A stretch of DNA of 64,000 nucleotides, taken from NCBI GenBank assembly GCA_047967505.1, contig CM106538.1; one strand, written 5' to 3'. The notes under the pieces were generated by a model that worked only from the letters and a program-made list of their open reading frames with translations, made no database searches and was not told the origin of the DNA. This document shows positions 11,501-20,925 of the stretch, in pieces. The position numbers and the translations under genes were made by a program. Source of the DNA: Dipteris shenzhenensis (taxonomy: Eukaryota). Numbering within the stretch: the stretch's first letter is position 1; the number at the start of each line of letters is the position of its first letter.

Positions 11501-14384
11501 TCCGCGTGCTCCACCTGGAGCTTCTGTAGACTTTCCGTCCAGTGAGTTCTTCTCCACCTTACTGTCTGTGAATCAGCCTAGGTGGGCAGCCCCTGCCAAG
11601 CTTTGTCTGCAGCACACAGGTCCCCTCGGTCCTCCTGAATGTAGGCCCCAGCCCCAAGATAACTGTTCCACTGCTCCAACCTGCTTGTGAATGGCTGCTC
11701 CAGAAGATGATGATCTCAGCAACCTTCTGCCCTAGAAGACAGTCTAGGTTCAGCCTCTCCCTGGAGCTAAGTCTGCAGCACTCTTTAGGTCTCCTTCACC
11801 TCCTGGGAAAAGGCCCAAGGAAGCCCTATCTGCTGCTCCTGTCTGCTCCTCCAAAGCTGCTCTGCTGGATATTGAAATGAGGCCTGAGCCTCTCCTTTTA
11901 TAGGCCCTGAGGCCTGGCAAAAATACCGACTGGTCAGCCCTATTTTGGCCGACTCAATCTGTCTGAAAACCGACCTGGTTGGCTGTCCCTACCAGCCCAA
12001 CCAGGGCCCTATATAAGGGACTTCACTAGGCCCTTTGCAGCCTTTGTTCCAGGCAGGGACCCAGCCCTCTTGACCAGCCTAACCAAAGCCTGGTTGGCTG
12101 GCTCAACCAGCCCCAACCAGCTCTACTGTTGGCCGACCTATTTGCTGAGCTGTCCCGCCATATTCCTGCACCATCTTTAGGGTATGTTGCAGGCCATGTG
12201 CCTACCCACACACCTTGCCAGATAGCTTGCCATGTAGGCGCCTGTACCCCGGGATACCCCACCATCTTGTGCTGCTCCAGATATGTCTCTTCCAGGCCAG
12301 ATCTATGCCATGTATGCATCGCCATCTGCCATGGTCTCGACGCCATGTGTTGCAGCCACTTTGATGCGTCCAGGTACTTTCCTTTTTCTCTCTGATCTTT
12401 GCCCCCATGGCAGCCATCTTGCTGCCCATGTGGCCATCCCTCAGGACCCAAGTCCACCTCCCCCATGCTCTCCTCATTTGGGTCTTACAAATGGGGAGGT
12501 GACCTTTTCAACACCCCCTCTCACCGACACATCCAGGCCCAATGCCAACACGTCGATGAAGATGCTCCAATAACTCCCTGGTCCTAGTCCTCTGGAACTT
12601 TTCGGTGTCGGAATCTTTTCCTGGCTTTTCATGCAGTGGCTCCTGCTCCACCAGGTCCGGTTCCGCTTCCGCACACCATCCTCGTACACAGGTCCATCTT
12701 TGGTAGCACCTCCCGGCACCACCATCTTCCGTCACATTCCTGCCTTCGAACTCGAGCAATCCTGCCGTCATGATCTTCCAGTGGTCCCCCTCATAATGAG
12801 TGAACAACCTGGAGTCTTCCAGGCACCATGCTCTGCGGGTCTGTTTCAACCCGTCCTTCCTTTGGCAAGGTCTGCAACAGAAGTACATCTCCAGATAACC
12901 TGGACTGCGAACTTTAAACGCACCTGACTGAACCTGAGTCACCCTCCTTCTCGCAAGGGCACAATCCTCCAGTCGTGGAAGTCGATTCCCTAGAGCTTCC
13001 GAATCAGGGCCGTCCTTCAGCAAGGTCCCTGCCTTCAGGCTCCCACACCTGTGAGCCTCCTACTTGGGCTCTGATACCATGTTAGAAATGACCCAACAGA
13101 GGGTACACGCAGCGGAAGACTTATAGTAATGCCCAGGAGCTCACACAGTGTGTGGTGTGGGTGTGGAATCACAAACTTCTTTACTTATGTGCATTCAATA
13201 GATGTGCAGACTCATCATTAGACAATGAACCAGCCAGATAGAGAAACCACCAAAATATATATTTCCCTCCACAACTATGGACACAATACAAAAGAGAGAG
13301 ATCCAGAGTCCCACCAATGATGTGGTCCTCTGATCTTACCACAAGGTCCTTCTCCTATTTACTGGCTATCTCTAGACTGGAGTCCGCGTGCTCCACCTGG
13401 AGCTTCTGTAGACTTTCCGTCCAGTGAGTTCTTCTCCACCTTACTGCCTGTGAATCAGCCTAGGTGGGCAGCCCCTGCCAAGCTTTGTCTACAGCACACA
13501 CGTCCCCTTGGTCCTCCTGAATGTAGGCCCCAAGATAACTGTTCCACTGCTCCAACCTGCTTGTGAATGGCTGCTCCAGAAGATGATGATCTCAGCAACC
13601 TTCTGCCCTAGAAGACAGTCTAGGTTCAGCTTCTTCCTGGAGCTAAGTCTGCAGCTCTCTTTAGGTCTCCTTCACCTCCTGGGAAAAGGCCCAAGGAAGC
13701 CCTATCTGTGCTCCTGTCTGCTCCTCCAAAGCTGCTCTGCTGGATATTGAAATGAGGCCTGAGCCTCTCCTTTTATAGGCCATGAGGCCTGGCAAAAATA
13801 CCGACTGGTCAGCCCTATTTTGGCCGACTCAGTCTGTCTCAAAACCGACCTGGTTGGCTGTCCCTACCAGCCCAACCAGGGCCCTATATAAGGGACTTCA
13901 CTAGGCCCTTTGCAGCCTTTGTTCCAGGCAGGGACCCAGCCCTCTTGACCAGCCTAACCAAAGCCTGGTTGGCTGGCTCAACCAGCCCCAACCAGCTCTA
14001 CTGTTGGCCGACCTGTTTGCTGAGCTGTCCCGCCATATTCCTGCGCCATCTTTAGGGTATGTTGCAGGCCATGTGCGTACCCACACGCCTTGCCAGATAG
14101 CTTGCCATGTAGGCGCCTGTACCCCGGGATACCCCGCCATCTTGTGCTGCTCCAGATATGTCTCTTCCAGGCCAGATGCCATGTATGCATCGCCATCTGC
14201 TATGGTCTCGACGCCATGTGTTGCAGCCACTTGATGCGTCCAGGTACTTTCCTTTTTCTCTCTGATCTCTGCCCCCATGGCAGCCATCTTGCTGCCCATG
14301 TGGCCATCCCTCAGGACCCAGGTCCACCTCCCCCATGCTCTCCTCATTTGGGGGCTTACATATGGGGAGGTGACCTTTCCAACA
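5571..14384 (-). mobile_element. Tandem-array non-autonomous LTR retroelement: 5 LTRs and 4 short internal domains, period about 1877 bp
   Basis: LTRs at 5571-6880, 7446-8754, 9321-10631, 11198-12513 and 13080-14384, each TGTTAG...CAACA. Internal segments at 6881-7445, 8755-9320, 10632-11197 and 12514-13079, each with minus-strand PPT (TGAGAGGGGG) and PBS (TGGTATCAGAGC). Single TSD AATGC at 5566-5570 and 14385-14389. No gag/pol motifs. Confidence 0.97.
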
Positions 14385-14747
14385 AATGCATCGGTTCCAT
14401 TTCCAAAAGATGGAAAGTTGGTGCATCCAAGAAGTTGCACCTAGTACATAGTGATGTATGTGAGCCAATCCGGATAGCGTCACTTGGAGGCTACTACTAC
14501 TTTGTTATTTTTGTGGATGACTTCACTAGATTCACTTGGATTTATCCCATGAAATTGAAGTTAGACGTCTTCCTAGCTTCAAGCATTTGCATTAGCAGAG
14601 AATGAGAGTGGGGAAATGCTCTTGACCCTCCGCATTGATAGGAGGGGTGAGTACTTATCCCGTGAATTTTCTGATTTAAGTAGCACAGGGTATCATACAT
14701 TAGTGCACAGTGCCATACACTCCGCAACAACATGGACCTGCAAAGCA

Positions 14748-14957
14748 CAATGTCACAAGAAACGTTTCGAGATTTTGACAGACGTTTCGTCTAGAGACGT
14801 GAAAAATTAATGTATTTTATATAAATAATAAAAATAGTGTATTTTTTATTTAAAAAAATTCAAAAAAACTCACGTTTGGCACGTTTCTTAGAAACGTTTC
14901 GGGCAGAAACGTTTCTTCACATTTCTACTGCCCGAAACGTGTTTTCTGGTTACACTG
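14748..14957. mobile_element. hAT-type MITE / non-autonomous DNA transposon (210 bp)
   Basis: Imperfect TIRs (CAATGTCACAAGAAAC at left; the right end reverse-complements to CAGTGTAACCAGAAAAC). 8-bp TSD GCAAAGCA (14740-14747) / GCAGAGCA (14958-14965). Repeated AAACGTTT motifs and an AT-rich core. Removing it restores YTPQQHGPAEQKNRK of the host integrase. Confidence 0.85.
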
Positions 14958-15279
14958 GCAGAGCAGAAAAATAGAAAAAAATAGGAAGTGGGCAAGTGCA
15001 TGCTTCAACAGAAGTCCGCACCCAATAAATTCTGGTTGGATGATGTTATGGCTCAACTGAGCACCCACTCAAGCATTGAAGACCATGACTCCTTATGAAG
15101 CATGGACAGACCGAAAGCCTGTAATTTCTCATATGTGGGTGTTTGGATCTCTTGCATATGCGCATGTACCCTCTCAGCTGATGCATAAGCTTGATGATAA
15201 GGGCATCAAATGCATTTCCATTGGCTACAACTCACAGAGCAAAGGATACAGGTTGTTTCATCCTAGCAGAAGCAAGATG

Positions 15280-15635
15280 GATACTCTAGGTGCTTGCTTC
15301 AAGCCATACAAGGCTTTCTTCAACTTGCAAACAAACTCAGGATGAACAGCATGAACATAACCTAGTGGCTGCTCCATAAAGACCTCTTCTTGCAAATCAC
15401 CATGCAAGAAGGCATTCTTTACATCCATCTGATGTAAAGACCATCCCTTTGATGCAGCCATAGCAATGACTGCTCTTACGGTTGCCATCCTTGCAACTAG
15501 GCTGAATGTTTCTTCATAATCAATGCCATATGTCTGTGCATACCCCTTGACAACTAATCTTGCCTTGTATCTGTTCACAGAACCATCTGCATTGTGTTTC
15601 ACCTTATAAACCCACTTACAGCCAATTGCATACCC
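15280..15635 (-). mobile_element. Inverted, stop-free copia RT fragment embedded in the host copia
   Basis: [43 protein letters not shown]...[23 protein letters not shown]...[14 protein letters not shown] on the minus strand; no LTR or TSD seen. Confidence 0.9.
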
Positions 15636-16935
15636 AACAGCAAGCAAGCTGAGCCCTTGGACCAGAGGTACAAAAATAAAATGCAGGTCAATTTGCTTCA
15701 TGTTGCTTTGATTGATACTGCTTATAATGAGGAACCTCTCTATCATAAGCATGCATTTGATAGTAGAGAATGGATGGATTCCATGAAAGCTGAACTTGAT
15801 TCCATTCATTCAAATGGCACATGGGAGTTGTGTGACTTACTAAGTGGGTCTACAAATTGAAGTGGAAAGCTGATGATAGTGTTCACCGCTACAAAGCCCA
15901 CCTTGTTGTGAAAGGCTATGCCCAACAACATGCATTGACTTGGAGAAGTTCCCGCATTACGACCATTCGTTGAGTTATTGCTCTCAATATCTCACAAGCG
16001 TTGGGAGGTCCATCAGCTAAATATTAAGATTGCTTTCCTTCACGAGAACTTAATGGAAGAGGTCTATGTCACTTAAGAGTCCAGGATTTGAAGTTGCAGG
16101 TTCTGAAACAAAGGTATGCGGGCTGAAAAAGGCCCTCTATGGTTTGAAGCAGGCACCACGGGCATGGTATGCCAAGATACATTCTTTTTTTCTATGCCTT
16201 GGGTTTTAGAACAGCCCTAGAGAGGCCACTCTTTATGTCCAAAAGAATGAATCAGAATTTCTGGTTTGGATTCTTTATGTGGATGGCATGCTTATCACTC
16301 GGCCAAATACCTAGAAACTTGCAAATTTCAAGGCAGATTTGCAGAAATCATTTGAAATGTCAGATATGGGCAGGTTACACTACTATTTGGGCATCCAGTT
16401 TGCTAATGTTGAAGGGGGCATAATAATGAGTCATATTCAAAAGCTCTTGCAGTGCTTCCAATTCGAGGATTATATGCAAGTTTCTACACCATTTCGTTTT
16501 CCACTCAAGATGGGCGTGTCCCATCTGATGCCACTCTTTATTAGCACATTGTGGGCTGCCTTATTTACTTATGTCATACTCAGCCTGATCTGCAGCATGC
16601 CATTTCCCAGTTAAGCAGACACATGCACAAGCCAAGCACATAGCATTGGCAGGCAGTGAAGTGAGTCTTCCATTACTTGAAGGCCACGCAGCATTTGCGA
16701 CCATTCTATAGTGATCAGTCTTCATTGGATTTGCGTGCATTCATGGATAGTGATTGGGCAAGTTGTTATGACACCCGTGTGTCAGACAGTGGCAGCTATT
16801 TCATGCATGGCTCTTCATGCATCTCTTGGTTTAGCAAGAAGCAGTCTACAGTTGCTACTTCCAATTGTGAAGCTGAGTATAGTGCAGCCTTCACAGCTAT
16901 AGTTGTGTGTGTTTGGCTTTAGAAGTTGCTCTCAG

Positions 16936-18429
16936 GGGGCGGTAGGTTCCTCACAGGGGGGGTAGGTTGCTCTCTTGCGGGCACACTGATCCAGATATTG
17001 CTTTACGCAGATGACGTGACTCTCGTCTTCCTCAGCAGAGGGGCTCCAGAGACACCTTGACGCACTACAGTCCTTTTGTGAGTCTCATGATTTGAAGGTC
17101 AACCTGGGTAAAACCAAGGTCATGATCTTCAATACATCTCGAGCTGTCATGCGCCAGGAGCAGTTCCATTTGATGGGTCACCTGTTGAAGTAGTTTCATC
17201 ATACACTTATCTTGGGGTTGTCTTTTCCGGACCCATCTTCACTATGAGACCCGCGATGCAGGCACGCTTGAGCAGAGGATATGCTTTATTGGCTAGACTA
17301 GAGAGGAAGTGCTTCCGCTCTCACTTTCAGGATCCACGGACCAAAGGGTTGCTTTTTGACTCTTTGGTCCGTCCAGCGGGGATGTATGGCAGTCCATGCT
17401 AGGGGCCAGACTTGCCGGATACAGAGTGGGTGGAGTAGCTATAGGTTCTCATGTTATCACGGATGATCCGTGGTAAGCCATCCGTTCCTCACAAGATAAT
17501 TCAGGCGGAGTTTGGGTCACCTCCATTACAGCTAGATGCTGCATTTTAGGTCATCACGTATCTGTACCGAGTCAGGGAGTATGGGGATTACACCTCTGGG
17601 CGTAGCAGGCTACCATGGCTAGCACTGTCCTCTTCTATGGCACTTGCAGCAGGAGGGGACCAGAGGTGCTGGTATGCACGCATAGAGAGATGGTTTGAGG
17701 GACTGGGGCTCCACATGGACAGACTACCTCCCTTCCAGTATAGCATGGATGCTACGTTTTATTCCCTCCTATCACACGATGTCAACCAGGTTATCCGTGA
17801 GGATCTATTACAGCTACACACATTCCCGAACGTTTCTACTGCCTCTTCAGAGACAACTATGGGATTTTGGCCGGATTCATCTCCTACCTAGACCAGCGAT
17901 GTTTCGCAGGTTTCGTTCATGAGGTACCAGCTAGATTACATGGACACCCTCGGACGAGACCTCGACATGACTGTGACTCGGAGCTTGTAACCCGACAGCT
18001 CAGACAGAGGGTTGACGCACAGATCACATCCCCTCCCTGTTTAGAGTCGAGTCCCGCCCGACGGGGGTCACAGTAGCCCTGGTTAGACATAGAGCTGTGA
18101 CTAGAAGACATGCTAGGGCTGCACCTTTAAGTGGCCGACAACACTCTATTGCCGATTTCATGCCCCCGTTGCCTCATCCACCTTGATGTCCTGATGGTGA
18201 TGATGATCATTATGATGATGATGATGATGATGATGAGATAGTTGACTACCGACATGACTATGTTGTACTTAGGATTTAGTACTGACATTCTGCACTTTTT
18301 GCATTTGCATTGGTGTGGATGCTCGTTTAGTAGCTCCACCACCACAGCTTGTTTGTACCAGGTTTTTCACAGTCACATAGACCCATCGGTCTTCCGAAGA
18401 CTTTAATAAACTTTCTTTCTTTCTTTCTT
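16936..18429 (+). mobile_element. 5'-truncated non-LTR retrotransposon (non-L1; RTEX-like by motif) with (ATG)n in the 3' UTR and a (CTTT)n tail
   Basis: RT motifs LLYADDVTL and GLQRHLDALQSFCESHDLKVNLGKTKVMIFN, then YTYLGVVF. AATAAA followed by a (CTTT)n tail at ~18405-18430. TCTCAG on both sides (16930-16935, 18430-18435). Host RNase H reads through once it is removed (WL*KLLS|DLHV). Confidence 0.85.
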
Positions 18430-19146
18430 TCTCAGATCTTCATGTCAGCCAGACGCCTCTACAATCAGCTACAATGACAACCAAGTGTTTCGGTTCTTGC
18501 GCATAATCATGTCTTTCATGCATGTAGAGTTGCACTATTAGCTGGAGATATACAATTGTCCTACAAATAACTTAGCAAATCTCTTCACGAAGGCTCTACC
18601 ACAACCCAAGTTTGATGCTTTTCAACATGCCTTGAAATTGGCAACCACTTATTACATGATGTTGATCTCCCTGTAATATCATAGGTCGCTATATCCATCT
18701 TGGACGAATATGTGCAACCATGATATAGTTTCCAGGTATGCCTAACATACTTCAACCATACCATGCAAGGGGGTTGTTAGCCCTTAACCCTGGCTTGTAG
18801 GCCAATTAGGATTCAGTCAACCCTCAGGTTGACTTCACTGGTCAATTCTTGTGGTTGACTTTGGGACACCACTAGTAGTTTCTCATTATCCATTTGCAAG
18901 TACTTCGTGTTTCTCTCAGTTGTTGTCAGCTCCCTTGCATTCTTTTGCATTGCTCCCCGCACCCAACAAGAATGGCCATGCAATGGAAGGACCCCAAAAA
19001 AAAATTCCTTCCTCAGAGAACCCTTCTTGACCTTGACATAGGCAACTCAGTAGAAATGTAGAGCCTGCGTGCATGCGTGCAAAATGTGTGTGTGTGTTAG
19101 AGAATCTCAACATGTACCACTACTAACTAGCTCTGAACAGATACCA

Positions 19147-20020
19147 TGTTAGAGAAACAACGTGGCGGAAATATATAAAAAGTATAGCGCATGCAATGGA
19201 AGGATCTAAAGAACCAAAGGGCGACACCGTGATCCAACTTCAGACAATGTGTGCATAAGAAAAAAACTCACAAGCACTTAGATCTGGAGTTAGACAGCAG
19301 TAGAACAACAAAAGTATCACGAGTTGTATTGCCCAAAATCTCTTATAGATAGCCCCCACAAAGATCTGTCATCAGCTATGTAGTGAGCACACGTACTACT
19401 CCTAACTCTGCCTTGTCACCCCTTTAGGTTGCGTGTTCCTCAGTGACCTTCTGCAGGTACTCTAGGTTGACCTATCCAGGCTGCTTCCTCCTGCACACTT
19501 GTGCTCCCCTACTTGTTGCACGTAAGCACAAGGTGGTGCCCTAGATTGGTTAAGATGAATAACTGAACTGCCCACGAATGGGCCTCTTTATAGGGGATGG
19601 AACCCCTCAATCTGGCCTGCCTGGCCCTGATGTGCTGAACTGGTCTGGGCCTATCTTCTGCCCCAACCTACTGCTGCAGCAAACCTGGGGGCAGGCCTAT
19701 AATTGGCCCAGCCCCCTACTCTTTGCTGCTGGTTGTGCTGGCCCGCCCCTATATATGGGCCCATGGCTGGCTTGTTTCCAGCCCCACAGGCATCCCTGAA
19801 TGTAGGGTGACTGTCACTGAATGATGCTGAGAAAGGTCACAGGTAGCCCATGTGGCTGCCCTAAAATAAACCTAATGCCGCTGCTGATGTGGCAGCCCCT
19901 CTCAGTCCCTTTCCGTGTGCCCATGTGGCACCATGCTCACCCATATTGCCACAAGTATAAAGCCCCTTTGTCCGCCTCATTTTAGGCTCACTGGTGGGGC
20001 ATTGACCCGTCACCCCAACA
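19147..20020 (-). repeat. LTR (874 bp) resembling the tandem-array LTR in motif layout, with a PBS on one side and a PPT on the other
   Basis: TGTTAGAG...CCCCAACA. Degenerate PBS GCTCTG(AACAG)ATACCA at 19130-19146; PPT-like CTCCCTCTAA at 20021-20030. Shares TTTTATAGG, CCCTATATA and CCCATGTGGC motifs with the array LTRs. Confidence 0.7.
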
Positions 20021-20925
20021 CTCCCTCTAAATGACACACGGCGGCCCAATACCCAGTCTGTCAACGCTTCTTTAGCTCCGATGCATAAGATTTCAGGAAC
20101 ATGTCAAAGATGTCATCGTCATCAGGTCCGCGAACCCGCACCTCCCATACCTCCAAGTCCTGCTCCGCATCATACACAAACAACCAGATCAAGTCTGGAA
20201 CAATGGTACCATTCCAGCACCATGTGCCAGTGGGACTGTCCATCCAAGTCACGAGCACACTGGAATCTTCAATATACCCAGGTGTTCGGAAAAGTGATGA
20301 CCTATGGACTTAGTTCACTAAATTACCCTTGGGCTAGTTTTGGGTTAGGCTAAAACAGTGGTAGGTAGGGCATAGGTCCTAGGGTAGAACATCCATGAAG
20401 TTATGTCATGGACAAGGGTTAAAGTTTTTCAAGGGGCCACATGATGTGGCAAGCCCCCACATACATCCATCATTGATGCAGGGGATCCCCTATTCATTGC
20501 ATTGTCCCGTCTAGCTTCATGTCCTTTAATCTCTACTTGAATGCCAGTCTGTCTTAATTTTGTGTCCACTTCCACACTCACTTCCTTCTTAGTTGTTTGA
20601 ACCTCGGTATGCACTAAACCCTTGACTATGGAGACTAGGTGGGGGATAGGGGGAGAAGCTTCATCTATAACTAATTGTTGTCCAGGCCCTTCAAGGACCT
20701 GAAGTCTAGCTGTTACCTCTGCCAGTAATATCTTCCGCTCCCTCAATTCTTGTTGTAGGAAATAATTCTGTTCATGTTGCCCGAGAATGGGTATGTCAAA
20801 AAACCCCCAGTAATACATCAGTGGATATGGAGAGGGTGTCCAGGCAACTGAGGAATAGAGGGGTTTTCTGCTGCTAATAGGAATATTTGCCGCATGACGA
20901 TTGTTGCTGGCTGGAGTCATTGGAG

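Larger units (their letters stand above)
4916..18920 (+). mobile_element. Old degenerate Ty1/copia host element (PR-INT-RT-RH-3' LTR), fragmented by multiple nested insertions
   Basis: Collinear pieces: TWYFDSGASKHIT (~5038), LWHERLGHLNF (~5452), GKM|HR junction across the tandem array, LVHSDVCEP...FVDDFTRFTWIY (14440-14550), YTPQQHGPAE (14716-14965), TPYEAW...KGYRLF (15085-15260), RT (15720-16700), RNase H (16740-16935 and 18436-18650). PPT-like GCAAGGGGG then TGTTAG at 18775 is the probable short 3' LTR; its right end is uncertain. Confidence 0.88.

Noticed and set aside
5571-14384. Array as a CRISPR-like locus, rDNA/5S array or plain satellite
   Set aside because: There are no short repeats with unique spacers and no rRNA similarity that I could see. 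TG...CA ends, PBS, PPT and a TSD explain it as an LTR element.
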